The notes under the pieces are model-generated. The model ran no database searches. It was not told the origin of the DNA and saw only the letters and a list, made by a program, of their open reading frames with translations. This document shows, in pieces, positions 22,556 to 32,848 of a stretch of 64,000 nucleotides of DNA. The stretch's first letter is position 1. Every line of letters starts with the position of its first letter. The DNA is from Cyanidioschyzon merolae. Lineage: Eukaryota. Where the stretch lies: the NCBI GenBank assembly GCA_000091205.1, contig AP006497.2. One strand, given 5' to 3'. The translations under genes were made by a program, and so were the position numbers.

Positions 22556-22987
22556 TCAGGTGCCGCACCCCACGATTACGCGCTTGTTCGATGCGAGCGC
22601 CTCGATGATACCTGCCTGCTGCATGCACAAGCGCATGATGTTCCACCCGATAATTGATTTGTGGAACGCGATGTCGTCCATGATGAAACAAGCACTGGAA
22701 GGAGAAGCCAGGCTGGACAATACCCCGAGAAATTTCGATCCATCGACGCTCGCTTCACTTGAAGCGATGGCTCCGATGACCCAAATCCGACTCCAAGACC
22801 CTGTTTCATGCAAGCAGAAGTGACGACAGCCTCCGGGAGCGCATCTCATGAAAGGTATCATGCCGCTGTCGAAAGCCGTTTCGTCGATGACTCCATAGCC
22901 AGAGGGACTTGTCGTTCGAATGGAATCGATCACGCGACGCGGGTTGTTCAACAAGCTTTCAGCATGATTGTGTACTGAACTCCTCAA
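22556..22987 (-). other. Hypothetical ORF (143 aa) paralogous to a truncated ORF at 9974-10168 (+). The family is unknown.
   Basis: Shared peptide block: 22.6 kb RRVIDSIRTTSPSGYGVIDETAFDSGMIPFMRCAPGGCRHFCLHETGS versus 10.0 kb REMIDSVRKINLPLFVALNETIFDASVISFMGCNRGGSDLYCLHEKGS. Both are on coding-like frames. Confidence 0.25.
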
Positions 22988-23528
22988 GGGACGACTTCGG
23001 GTTTGTTCCTTCGTCCATCAAGCGGCGTGAATCGTTGCGCCCATGAGTTGCCAACGAACGGAAAGATCAACAACTTGAAGCATGCGTGATTCGAGCATGC
23101 TTTTCATACGGAAATGAAAAGCTCAGACGCTTGAAAATGTACCTTGGATCATGGTCTTGGTCATGTTACGAACGTCTGTTCGACGCTTACGCGAATCACT
23201 CTGATTCCGATGACGTCATGAATTCCAGGGGCAAGGCATCGAAGACGTCACTCTGGACATACGACCGAGAATCCTAGAACTACACATGAATCCTCAACGC
23301 ATATTTCTGCACTTTGCAAGTCGAGACTTTTGCTCTAACCCATTCGGAAACAAAAGTCACAAAGCAGGAAGCGAGCATCCGGTACACTGCCCTATTCCAG
23401 TCTGGCACACAGACCGATGCAGCAGCGCCCCGATTCGGCAGCGGAACAGAAGCGCCGCTCCTGGACACACTGCTCCGTTTGTTTTTGAGCGCTCGCCGAG
23501 CTCCGGGGAATGCGTTCCGGGAACGATC

Positions 23529-26500
23529 ATGACATCCCAGCGAGAACTCCTTCGTTACGTGGAGAGTGATTTGCGGTCTCTGGTAGCGAAGCTGGGGAAA
23601 CGAAAAGTTGAACGAGCGTTTGTCGAAGATCTCCCGTTTCTTACGGAGCGTTTCTCGAGCTGGAAGAGTGCCGTGGAACGCGTACTGACGCAGTTGCGTG
23701 AGGATGATACGCAAGCTCGTCTTTCGTTCTCACTTTCGATCGACCTGGTGGGTCACGTGCTCATCCACAACGTACAGTCAGTGGAGAACTGGCGTAAAAG
23801 TGAAGCAAGTACGCTTCTTGCACTGGGGCTTCTGCACCGTCTCGCAAGCCAGGCAGCGTTGCCAAGCCACCGCGTCGCAGACGTCGTCGCCTTGCTGAGC
23901 TATTTCGTTCTCAGTGTTCAGAAACTGGTCCTTCGAAGCGAGTTTTCGAAGCGTCGTTGGTTGATTTATGGCGAGCGCAACGGTGCCCAGGTTCCGGGAA
24001 CGAACTCGGATCAATCGGACGCAACGGACTCGTTTTCACGTCGATCCTCGCCCGGAACAGTATCTTTGGTGGAAGAGGCCCTCGAGCAAGCCACCTGCGA
24101 GCAAACAGCTGCGGTCGGACAACGTGCCACCGAAACCCAAGTGCTGCCGGGAAACGACCTAGTCTTGGTCGAGCGGCAACTGCTACGAGTCCTCCAGGTC
24201 CTTTTCGAAATACCATCTGTGCAACACAGGGCCGGTGCAGCTCAGGAATACGATGTAGACGCTTCGAAATCAGACTCAGCGGCTAGTGTCTCCAAAATGT
24301 GCCAAGCATCCCTACCACAGCGACTATTTACGCTCCTGACGCTGATTGAGCAGCTTCCCGGAGTGACTGCAGTGGTTGCTCGCACTGCAGCAGCTGCGTT
24401 AGAGCGATACTGCACAGCATTATTCGAGGATCGTCTCTGGAGAGAGCAAGTCGCGATAGCTTTCGTGGAGGATCTCTGTTTGCTGACGCTGGAACGGCCG
24501 CCTGTTCACGGCTTTGGGACGCTCTTGTCCCTGCAGGTCCAGACGAACACGAGCAGTCCAGTCGAGTTGCCGGGTGCTTCGGCCTCTGCCGCAGAGCGCA
24601 CGTCATCATCGCTGCAGCAAGAGCGACGAGCACAGGCGTCGCCCGAGGCCGAGGACCTTGACGAAGCCCGAGAGGGCCATCCAGAATCGCTATCCGCCGC
24701 TCAAGTGACGTCCACTGGTGCGATGCAACAGAAGGAAACGTATTGCCTGGAAGTGATCACCCCAAGCCCTGATGTTATGACGTCGCTGCTGGCGGAAGCG
24801 CTGGGCAGGGCGATGCGTGGTGGTCTCGCTCCCCAGGCTTGCCTGCTCAAGCGTCTTTTTCCTTTCGTCGAAGCACAGCTGAATGAGGCCGAGCTCTCCT
24901 GGTCAATATGCAGTCTCGCAGCCGCGTTAATCCAGGCACCGGTGGCCTCGTTTGGCGCCCTGCTCGCGTCACTTGCTGGAAGGATGCTGGAGCAATTAAG
25001 GGTCTCGATGGATCCGAGCTATTCATCATCTGACACGAATCCTAATCAAGTTCTGTTGATGCATCATCGCGCACTCTTGTTGATCGAGACTTTTCGCGAT
25101 GCATTGCTTACCGGAGCGTCCACTGCAGAGGACCGTGCTTTTATCAGCAACAGCAGCAGCAGCAGCAGCTCCTGGTCACCACAAGCGCTACTCCGATACC
25201 TGGAGCGCGAATCAGATAGGACGTTCGCGTCACAAAACGCTGCTGCTGGAGCAGGCGATACGACCTCAGCGCTGGGTACGGAACAAAAATCGTTGCCTTC
25301 AGTCGATGAGCGACGTCGTCTTCGGGAGGACGTTGTTACGTCCCGAGAAACAAGCGCGGAGGCCTTTTCAAAATTGCCTGCGTCGGAGACCGGGGGTATA
25401 CTCACTCAGTGGGTGGCGATGCTGCAGCTGTGTGTCACCACCGGCACATCGATGGTGACGGAGCTGCAAATGCTGCCCACAGGTCCGTTGCGGCATCAGC
25501 GCCCGCTACTTCGCCAACTCGGGCAACTTATCGAGGAGCCCAAGCATAGAAACCTGGACGGCGAACTCTGGGGGCAGCTTACGAGCGCGGCGCTGGGTCT
25601 GCTTTTCGTCTTGTTGGAAGCCACCGATCCCGTGGCGGATGTGGACTTTCTGCGACGCACCTGGCCGGACTTTTTGACGGCGTTTGGAGCTTTGCTCGCA
25701 CGTGCACAGCAGGTTCCGGCGGTGGTGCTTCAGCCGCTCATCGAACGGGGCATGGATTCTTTGCTCCAGCGTCTGGCAGTTGTACGGAGCTCTGTGGACG
25801 CGCCCTCGATCATGAATGACTCCAGCACCGACGCATCTGGGCTTCTTGGTGGCTCTGCTGGGCAGCCACCTGCGATGCATGGCTCGACGTCGGCACTGGA
25901 ACCCTTTGAGACGGTGTTCATCTGCCTGTGTCGTACCCTGCGGCTGGTGCGAAGTACACGATCCGCCTCTGCTTCTGCTTCCGACAGCGAGGCTGTGCAT
26001 GTGTTGACCTGCCTTGGGCGCGTTTTACAGAGCAACTTGCAGCGCGCGCTTTCGACAATGCACGAATCGGAGTACAACACGAACACACCGCAAGCTGTGG
26101 TCGAACGCAGGCCGCTTTGTAGTTCCTGGAGTCCCAATACTTGGCTTGCTCTCGTGGAGAGCATTCTAATCGCAGGAGACGACGATCGTGATGCTGCCTC
26201 GGGTGAGCCGATGCTTGATCCCGTGATCGACAGCAGCTTCGAGCACTGGGACAAGTACCTATTGCAGCAGCAGCAGCAGCAGCAGCAGCAGCGCGCAGTA
26301 GGCTGCGTTCCCGCAGTGGCGTTGCTACGAGCGCTTTTCACTGTTGCTCACGCGGCCCAGGAAGACACCTCCACGCGGAACCGTGCCTTTTTACATGCCG
26401 TCTTCGTCGTCAAAGCATACTTGAACGCTGTCCAGCGGCAAGCAAGGGCAGCAATTGTTGCCTCAAACGGAGATGGACCCTATACTGGAAATGCCTGGAC

Positions 26501-29456
26501 AATACCAACATCAAATGCTACGAATGCTGCTGTTGTTACAGCAACCGGTCCCTCTGAATGGCCTGATGGTACAGGCACCGAGCAGGCATCCACGGAAACA
26601 GGCGAGCAAGTCGCTAGCGGCGCTATGTCGTATGCGAGCACCACTGGAACTCAACCGCCTTTCCTGTTTTGGCAGACACCAGTAGCGGCTCAAGTTTGGG
26701 ACTTGTTTGCGCAGTTCGTTCCCATGATGGCCTCTACAGATCACGTCCAAGTCTTGAATGGATGGCGCGGACTCTTCCAACAACTCTTCCTCGCACAGAG
26801 CATAGACGATAAGACCGCGGCGGCGCCAGATGCGGTACAACACGCGTTTCGACCGACACCGCAGGCACCGCTGTTCGCTCCGCTGCTGCAGCTTATCGAA
26901 CAGAGGCGAGATAACGCTCAGTCGGATCGAGTGGACGGGGCTGTGATCTCCAATGCGATATCGCCACTGCGTCTTTTCCGAGAGATTCTGCAGCTCGTCA
27001 TGACGCTGGTTCAGGACTATGGCGAGCTTTTCGTTGCTGACGGCTGGTACGCCGTGCTCACGCTGTGCAAGGAGGCAGTGCTTGCGGGTCACGACCCGCT
27101 GACATTCACATCCGAAACAGATCGCAAGGGTATTCATGATGCCGGTTTTGCCTTGCTGCAACTCTTGGCTAAGGAGTATGCGTCCAGTTTTTTGCACCAA
27201 CCGGCTGCATCAGAAGTTCGAACGCTGTGGCTAGAAACCTTGACATCATGGGCGCTGCATGCCGCTGATGTGAACATGGCGCTCAGCAGCATTGGGATGC
27301 TGTGGAGTCTCTGCGACCTCCTGCAACCGAGCGAATCAACAGATGCCGCGTTATGGTGCCGAGTGCTCTCTACCTTGGCGCGTCTCTGTATAACGGAGCG
27401 CGTCGATGTCCGAAACAGTGCACTGAAGACGTTTCTCGGAACGCTGTTGGCTCATGGCCAAAACCTAGTGGAGCACGACCGCTGGCGAGGGATCTGGGAA
27501 GAGGCGCTCTTGCCGCTCATCGAAGGGCTCTTGGTGCGCTCACCGGCACCCTCGTCGCTGGCTGGTGAAGGTACCGCGCTAGAAGCGCCAGTAGAGGCAA
27601 CATCAACAACCACCGATGCCTCTGCAGAGGCGACAGCGAAGCATGCGCCGGCACGCGCGCTCACCAGCGCTACTACCAACGATGATGGCAATGATAGAAC
27701 CATCGTCAAAGGTGATGCTGTTGTTGGGATGCATCCAGCAAGTGCAAAAGATGCAATCAAGCACTGGAACGCGAGTCGACTGCTTCTCATAGAGGGCCTC
27801 GTGCGACTTATCCAACAATACCTGGTTAGTCGCTGGTTAGCTCTGGAAGCATTTCCGCGCCACTGGGAATCGCTGCTAGACTATTGGGAGCAAACCAGCT
27901 GCCTCTATGACGTCCACAAGAGCCCGCCGTCGAACCAGGAAGCGCTTTTGATCGCACTGGTTGCGTTGTGGCAGACCTCGCTGGAAACGCTGAGCCAGGT
28001 CGTTTGCTGTGAGCCGGCATTGCCCGGCTCCCGATCGTCCAACCAAAGCGCTCGGCAACTCTGGTTGCAGACCTGGCAACGCGCCCAGCGACGGGCTTTT
28101 CTCGCCAACTGCTGGCCGCGTTTCTCTGTGAGCGTCGTCGAGAGCATCGTGCAGGCGTTGTTGTCGCTGTGCGGACGCGTTCAACAGCAGACACCAGATG
28201 TGGATATTCTCGATATCGTGCAGAGCCTGGGATACCAGTGTCTCGAGGCGCTTATCGAGGACACCATAGACCCCAAAGTCGCCAAGGCATCCTCCGCCAC
28301 ACTAGGGATGCAACGGGGCAAACCGGTGCAACGATCCGCACTCGTACGCGACGTTTTCGACGTGCTCGCGCGTTGGCCCGGTGACTCGGTAGGTGTTCAC
28401 CGATGTGCGCATCTGAATGCCCTGCTATCCTTCCTGGAACGTATATGCGGGAGCATTATACGAGCCACGACGGGATCAGCGGCTGGTGTGACCTCCAGCG
28501 ACGAACATTCTGTGATGCTCTGCATTGTCCAGGGCACGCTGGAGCGACTCGTACGCGGAATGCCTCCGAGTGCCACTTGTGCGGCAGAGCAGGAGCAGTT
28601 GGTGCTTCGTTTTCTGGAGCTGCTTGCGAGCATCCTGGTACCGAGGCGTACCTGGAACGGGAGTCTAGTAGCTGCTGTCGTCGACGGGTCGTCCACAGCA
28701 CCAACCGATGCACCAGCAGCATCTGCACAGCAACAGCCGAGCAGCCTGGTGAGCACCAAACATGTCAGCGGTGCGAACGCGTTTGTCGAGAGTGCCGTGT
28801 TCTCGCTTGCTGCCCTGGTTGACAAGCTTGAAGACAACGAGGAGACCAGGGCGCTGCTGACGGATGCGGTGCTTGCACGTATTGCTGCGCTGTGTGAGCG
28901 CTTTCTCTTCGAGCACGACATCCCCCTGCCTGAATCCTTTGACGGTGGCACGCTCCATATGATTCACACTGGTCAACTGGATGAAGAGAAATGCAGCATC
29001 GTGATGTTACAGCTGGGTGCGCGCCTCGGTCTGGTGGACTTGCTCGAGCGTGCACTGGGCCTCGCCCCGGATATCTCGGTGGACGAACACTGGTTTTTAC
29101 TCGTTACGAGCGCCTATCGCTTCAATCTGCGTCTTGCTGCTATAGAGGCTCTGTTTCACGTCGCTGCTGGACTGGATTCTGGGGCGGCACCTGCTTCGCC
29201 ATTTGCGCTGAGCCGCCTGGCGAGCGCCGCGTCTACGGTGGCCGCAGCACGTGTGGCAGTTCAGCGTTTGATGCAACGAGTCGAGCGGTGCGCTGCTGCG
29301 TATCGACGTCAGTCGGGGTGCTGTCCACTGCCGTACCTCATGCGAATGTTCGAGGCCTATGTGCGATTTCAGGCGGACGCGCTTACGAAGCGTGGTGTTC
29401 ACTTGTCCTCTGCAGCAGACGTTGGGACTCAGAGAGCAGCAAACGGCACAGCGTGA
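23529..29456 (+). CDS. MON2: MON2 homolog, a large ARM/HEAT scaffold of the BIG/GBF1-related family with no Sec7 domain seen (about 1975 aa). The track ORF begins at 23286; the homologous start is the ATG at 23529.
   Basis: The N-terminus MTSQRELLRYVESDLRSLVAK resembles human MON2 AVKKLLENMQSDLRALSLE. The C-terminal region SIGMLWSLCDLL...LWCRVLSTLARLCITERVDVRNSALKTFLGTLLAHGQNLVEHDRWRGIWEEALLPLIE matches MON2 SIGLLWNISDYF...[57 protein letters not shown]. I saw no FRLPGE Sec7 motif. Internal CAG microsatellites encode poly-Ser (25145-25169) and poly-Gln (26265-26291). Confidence 0.7.
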   Translation: MTSQRELLRYVESDLRSLVAKLGKRKVERAFVEDLPFLTERFSSWKSAVERVLTQLREDDTQARLSFSLSIDLVGHVLIHNVQSVENWRKSEASTLLALGLLHRLASQAALPSHRVADVVALLSYFVLSVQKLVLRSEFSKRRWLIYGERNGAQVPGTNSDQSDATDSFSRRSSPGTVSLVEEALEQATCEQTAAVGQRATETQVLPGNDLVLVERQLLRVLQVLFEIPSVQHRAGAAQEYDVDASKSDSAASVSKMCQASLPQRLFTLLTLIEQLPGVTAVVARTAAAALERYCTALFEDRLWREQVAIAFVEDLCLLTLERPPVHGFGTLLSLQVQTNTSSPVELPGASASAAERTSSSLQQERRAQASPEAEDLDEAREGHPESLSAAQVTSTGAMQQKETYCLEVITPSPDVMTSLLAEALGRAMRGGLAPQACLLKRLFPFVEAQLNEAELSWSICSLAAALIQAPVASFGALLASLAGRMLEQLRVSMDPSYSSSDTNPNQVLLMHHRALLLIETFRDALLTGASTAEDRAFISNSSSSSSSWSPQALLRYLERESDRTFASQNAAAGAGDTTSALGTEQKSLPSVDERRRLREDVVTSRETSAEAFSKLPASETGGILTQWVAMLQLCVTTGTSMVTELQMLPTGPLRHQRPLLRQLGQLIEEPKHRNLDGELWGQLTSAALGLLFVLLEATDPVADVDFLRRTWPDFLTAFGALLARAQQVPAVVLQPLIERGMDSLLQRLAVVRSSVDAPSIMNDSSTDASGLLGGSAGQPPAMHGSTSALEPFETVFICLCRTLRLVRSTRSASASASDSEAVHVLTCLGRVLQSNLQRALSTMHESEYNTNTPQAVVERRPLCSSWSPNTWLALVESILIAGDDDRDAASGEPMLDPVIDSSFEHWDKYLLQQQQQQQQQRAVGCVPAVALLRALFTVAHAAQEDTSTRNRAFLHAVFVVKAYLNAVQRQARAAIVASNGDGPYTGNAWTIPTSNATNAAVVTATGPSEWPDGTGTEQASTETGEQVASGAMSYASTTGTQPPFLFWQTPVAAQVWDLFAQFVPMMASTDHVQVLNGWRGLFQQLFLAQSIDDKTAAAPDAVQHAFRPTPQAPLFAPLLQLIEQRRDNAQSDRVDGAVISNAISPLRLFREILQLVMTLVQDYGELFVADGWYAVLTLCKEAVLAGHDPLTFTSETDRKGIHDAGFALLQLLAKEYASSFLHQPAASEVRTLWLETLTSWALHAADVNMALSSIGMLWSLCDLLQPSESTDAALWCRVLSTLARLCITERVDVRNSALKTFLGTLLAHGQNLVEHDRWRGIWEEALLPLIEGLLVRSPAPSSLAGEGTALEAPVEATSTTTDASAEATAKHAPARALTSATTNDDGNDRTIVKGDAVVGMHPASAKDAIKHWNASRLLLIEGLVRLIQQYLVSRWLALEAFPRHWESLLDYWEQTSCLYDVHKSPPSNQEALLIALVALWQTSLETLSQVVCCEPALPGSRSSNQSARQLWLQTWQRAQRRAFLANCWPRFSVSVVESIVQALLSLCGRVQQQTPDVDILDIVQSLGYQCLEALIEDTIDPKVAKASSATLGMQRGKPVQRSALVRDVFDVLARWPGDSVGVHRCAHLNALLSFLERICGSIIRATTGSAAGVTSSDEHSVMLCIVQGTLERLVRGMPPSATCAAEQEQLVLRFLELLASILVPRRTWNGSLVAAVVDGSSTAPTDAPAASAQQQPSSLVSTKHVSGANAFVESAVFSLAALVDKLEDNEETRALLTDAVLARIAALCERFLFEHDIPLPESFDGGTLHMIHTGQLDEEKCSIVMLQLGARLGLVDLLERALGLAPDISVDEHWFLLVTSAYRFNLRLAAIEALFHVAAGLDSGAAPASPFALSRLASAASTVAAARVAVQRLMQRVERCAAAYRRQSGCCPLPYLMRMFEAYVRFQADALTKRGVHLSSAADVGTQRAANGTA
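26265..26291. repeat. (CAG)9 trinucleotide repeat encoding Q9 inside MON2. A second (CAG/CAA)8 tract at 25145-25169 encodes a Ser run in another frame.
   Basis: Read directly from the sequence: cagcagcagcagcagcagcagcagcag. Confidence 0.9.
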
Positions 29457-30327
29457 CTTGAGCGCCCTTGAGCTAGGCGGAAAACGGGCTATGGACAACG
29501 TCGAAGCCGTACCGAGGTTTCCAGGGTCCGGTTGAAGCGCAGGCACGATTCTTGTTTGCACCCGTATCAGGCTTTGTGGCGACTCGAGCGGAACGCAGCA
29601 GCCACGAACGCAATAGGGGTTGCACGTCTACCCGTTTCGCCACCTGAGGAGAGAACTGGATGGATTCGCTGCGCTTCAAAGTACGACGCTGATGTTGCGT
29701 GCGAGATGTTCAACCGCACGCCGCTTCCTGATAAACGGGATCGGGTCAGCTCGATACTTTGCTCTTTACGATCGATGTTGTGGAAGCAGTTGCATATCGA
29801 TGCACAGCGAGAAACCTTTCTCACGGCCTGTGCGGATATCATGAGCATCGTGTGCACGGTATTTTGCTTTCTGCACCCGATTTTGTTGTGGGAGTAGTTG
29901 GTTGCTGAAGCAGAGCGAGACAATTCATTCGCGCCTGGTGAGCGTCTCGCTGGCATCCGCTTTCGTTCGCAGAGCCGTGCGCAGCAACATAATATAGGGC
30001 GCAGGTTCCCGCGTAGGAGCCTAGGGAACTCGCGCAGCGTCCTCCTGCAACAGCGCATCGCGGTTTCCGAAGTATCCTTGTGAGGCTCTTTACCCGCAAA
30101 ACCAGTAGCTGTTCTCAATAGCGTGAATGAAAAGGGCGGCATCTGCTCCAGAAGCCGTTATCGGGTGTAGCGGCGGCGACACTTACCTCAACGCAGTTCA
30201 TTGCGACAAGCGCAACCATCGTATGCACGGACGAGCCCCCGCTGATACCCATACGACTCACCAGGTAAACAACGAACACATACACGACATCAGTGTACAG
30301 GAAATGCTGCCGATGCAAAGTCCATCC

Positions 30328-31029
30328 CTACGGTGCAGGTCGATCGAGCAGTGCTGGATCCAGCTTGCAGTGCAGTTCCTGCTGCGCTTCGAATAGGCGA
30401 AGGAACGCCTCAACGGCGGCACGTGTATCCGCTCGCCAGCAGAGTGTCGCCCTCAGCTTATCGATAGATGATCTCTCCGCTGCACTATCGTTGTGCGCTG
30501 ACGCTGTATCCAGCGGAAGATAGCAGCGTTGCCGTAGGGTAGACTCTGGCCACTGGCCTCCTTCCGCCGGTACCAGCTCGAGAACGCGCCCCAGGAACCA
30601 GAACGTCACCGCCGGTCGACGAAGCGTGCCTTTCCCGTCCAAAGAGTCAGTACACGGGACCGCTTCACAGAGACTGCAGTGCCGAACCAGCGGTCGAAGT
30701 AGTTGCACACGGGCACCGGCCTCCTCGAAGGCCTCGCGACAGGCCGCAGCAGCGGGTGTTTCACCGACCTCGACACCGCCGGCCGGTAAGATGTAACGGG
30801 CTGGCTGTTGCCCCGCTTGTCGCTGATTAGCGCCGTCGCTGGTTTGATGTCGAGACGTCACAGCTAGGATGAAGCGCTCATCCGGTGACAGGGCCAACAC
30901 ACCGGCTCGCACGCGAGCATCCAAGGCGCTCCGGTCGGCGGAAAGCCTCTGGGCACAGCGGCACGGCTCGAAGCCAGTCACAGTTTGCCATCCGAGCTCC
31001 GAGACTGAAGCTGGTGTATCGTCCGACAT
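30328..31029 (-). CDS. Nudix hydrolase (234 aa from the ATG at 31029). The track ORF extends to 31407 from a GTG, and that extension overlaps the SmpB gene on the other strand.
   Basis: The canonical Nudix box GGVEVGETPAAAACREAFEEAGARV fits Gx5Ex7REUxEExGU. ATG verified at 31029..31027 (MSDDTPASVSELGW...). The codon at 31407 is GTG. Confidence 0.8.
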   Translation of the reverse strand: MSDDTPASVSELGWQTVTGFEPCRCAQRLSADRSALDARVRAGVLALSPDERFILAVTSRHQTSDGANQRQAGQQPARYILPAGGVEVGETPAAAACREAFEEAGARVQLLRPLVRHCSLCEAVPCTDSLDGKGTLRRPAVTFWFLGRVLELVPAEGGQWPESTLRQRCYLPLDTASAHNDSAAERSSIDKLRATLCWRADTRAAVEAFLRLFEAQQELHCKLDPALLDRPAP

Positions 31030-31240
31030 TATAGGGCGGCTCAGACCCCACCGCGCTACTGGTCTGGGGGTCGCATTCCCGCAGACCTTGTGCTTTGGTA
31101 CCCGCGAGCAACGCAGAAGCCGGTCAACGTCGCTGTTGCGCACTGTTCGAAACGAAGCGCTGTACGCGCAGGGTAACGTTTGTGTGAATCGAAACGCTTC
31201 TCTGCGGCTGTGTTCGCTGCTCGGGCGCCTTCGGGGACGC
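31030..31240. promoter_or_regulatory. Putative shared, bidirectional promoter region of about 210 bp between the divergent Nudix (-) and SmpB (+) genes.
   Basis: The call comes from the head-to-head arrangement of the two homology-anchored start codons. No motif was verified. Confidence 0.35.
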
Positions 31241-31876
31241 ATGGCTACCTTAAGCTTCCTTTTCGGTACGTCTTCTGCCAGGTTCACTTCAGGACACGAT
31301 GCATGGTCGCGGGCGGGTGTCCGAGCGTCGTGGAACGTGGCGCCAGCCCAGCGTTTGCCCCGAGCGAAGGTCGGACTGCGGACCCTGGTGGCGCGCACCA
31401 AGAGCACCTCGAGTCCTAGCGTCGAAAACCGTCGAATAAACTTTCAGTATGAGGTTCTTTGGACCTTGGAATGTGGAATAGAGCTCAAAGGAACGGAGAT
31501 TAAGTCGGTGCGGGCGGGGAAGATGAACATCCGAGACGCGTTTGCGCGGGCGAAGCGAGGAACCAACGACCTCTGGCTCTATAACTGCCATATTGCGCCA
31601 CATGACCGAACAGCGACGTTCTTCAACCACCAACCGACACGACCTCGCCGTCTCTTAGCGCATAAACAGGAAATTCGGCGGTTGCTGCAGGCTCAAGAGG
31701 AAAAGGGACTTACGCTGGTACCGCAGCGGTGTTACTTCGACCAGCGCCAGCGGCTGAAAGTGCTGCTCGCAGTCGCCCGTGGTAAGAAACTTCACGACAA
31801 ACGCGAGAGTATTCGGGAACGTGACGAGGCACGTTCCATGAAACGATTCGCCAAATACGACCTGAGAGACTTGTAG
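31241..31876 (+). CDS. smpB: SsrA-binding protein SmpB (tmRNA trans-translation cofactor) with an N-terminal organellar-type presequence of about 60 aa. The track ORF starts at 30869 and overlaps the Nudix gene; the ATG at 31241 is preferred.
   Basis: ATG verified at 31241. The presequence MATLSFLFGTSSARFTSGHDAWSRAGVRASWNVAPAQRLPRAKVGLRTLVARTKSTSS is R/S/T-rich with no acidic residues. The SmpB core NRRINFQYEVLWTLECGIELKGTEIKSVRAGKMNIRDAFA...LWLYNCHIAPHD...RPRRLLAHKQEIRRL...KGLTLVPQRCYFDQRQRLKVLLAVARGKKLHDKRESIRERDEAR is collinear with E. coli SmpB ([35 protein letters not shown]...TRKLLLNQRELDSL...[22 protein letters not shown]). Confidence 0.85.
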   Translation: MATLSFLFGTSSARFTSGHDAWSRAGVRASWNVAPAQRLPRAKVGLRTLVARTKSTSSPSVENRRINFQYEVLWTLECGIELKGTEIKSVRAGKMNIRDAFARAKRGTNDLWLYNCHIAPHDRTATFFNHQPTRPRRLLAHKQEIRRLLQAQEEKGLTLVPQRCYFDQRQRLKVLLAVARGKKLHDKRESIRERDEARSMKRFAKYDLRDL

Positions 31877-32140
31877 AGGGCCATGCCCACCAGCGTTGTG
31901 GCTGCATGCCTTGTGTCGTCCGCGATGCTGCTTCGAGGTCGTTTGAGCAACCGCGGTAGCCGCTGGGGCCCAGTTCCTTGGCTTGCATGAATAGGCACAT
32001 CGCCATTTCCCAGCGATTCCAAGAAGGAGACTCGAACCTGGAGGCCATGCATTTTTGCAGCTCAAGCCGCTGAGGCGCACACGCGCTACCACCGTTCTGG
32101 GTGTATGCATCTACGTTTATCCCGTTCCGATCCCGAGCGC

Positions 32141-32848
32141 CTAGCGGTGCTTTTCGTAAACCCCTTGTGCCCCTGCGACAATGACCACAGAGGCCATGTC
32201 GAGAAATAGTCCATGCTCGACAACGCCTACTGTGTCGCGCAGCGCTTGTGCTGCCTGGTAGGCATCGGCAATGGGCTTCTCGAAATACAGATCCACAATA
32301 TAGTTCCCGTTGTCAGTGACGTACAGGGCACCAGCGGCATCGCGACGTGCCTCAGCGCGGCAGCCTGCCAGGGCAGGAAGCGCGGCAATTTTCCGCATGG
32401 TATGCTGCCAACAGAAAGGTGTGACTTCCACAGGCATGGCTCCGCTGACGCCAAGACCCGGTACAAGCTTGCTCTCATCAACAATAACAATGAACTGTTT
32501 GGCGCAGACTTCGACCATTTTTTCCCGCAATAGAGCACCACCGCGTCCTTTCACCAGGTTCAGTGCCGAGTCAACCTCATCCGCTCCGTCTATGGCAACA
32601 TCGAGTTCTGCATCCTCGTCCAAGGTGGTCAAAGGGATATTCAAAGATCGCGCTTGCTCCTCGGTGCGCACCGAGGTTGGTACGCAGCGGATGTCGCGCA
32701 GTGCTCCAGCGGCGAGTTTCTGACCTAGCCGCTCGACCGCAAAAGCAGCAGTGGAGCCTGTACCTAGACCAACCACCATGCCCGAGCGAACGTAGTCATC
32801 GACTGCCTTGTACCCGACCTGTTTCTTGAGATCGTCGGCGCTCGCCAT
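32141..32848 (-). CDS. rpiA: Ribose-5-phosphate isomerase A (235 aa from the ATG at 32848). The track ORF extends to the ATG at 33052, giving a possible 68-aa N-terminal extension.
   Basis: MASADDLKKQVGYKAVDDYVRSGMVVGLGTGSTAAFAVERLG...VPTS...IDGADEVD...LVKGRGGALLREKMV... matches E. coli RpiA [35 protein letters not shown] and its catalytic DGADE and KGxGGAL blocks. Both ATGs were verified. Confidence 0.85.
   Translation of the reverse strand: MASADDLKKQVGYKAVDDYVRSGMVVGLGTGSTAAFAVERLGQKLAAGALRDIRCVPTSVRTEEQARSLNIPLTTLDEDAELDVAIDGADEVDSALNLVKGRGGALLREKMVEVCAKQFIVIVDESKLVPGLGVSGAMPVEVTPFCWQHTMRKIAALPALAGCRAEARRDAAGALYVTDNGNYIVDLYFEKPIADAYQAAQALRDTVGVVEHGLFLDMASVVIVAGAQGVYEKHR

Noticed and set aside
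30869-31407. Overlap of the long track ORFs 30328..31407 (-) and 30869..31876 (+), implying antisense overlapping genes
   Set aside because: The minus ORF starts on GTG. Homology to Nudix begins only after the ATG at 31029, and homology to SmpB only after about 31436 with a good ATG at 31241. The overlap is therefore an artefact of open upstream frames, not two overlapping coding regions.
32020-32100. A second ctcgaacc (T-loop-like) hit with a nearby GGTGGTAGCGCG D-loop-like string and GC palindromes, between the SmpB and RpiA 3' ends
   Set aside because: The sequence flanking the putative T-loop is not self-complementary, and no acceptor stem can be formed. I treat it as GC-rich 3'-UTR/terminator sequence.
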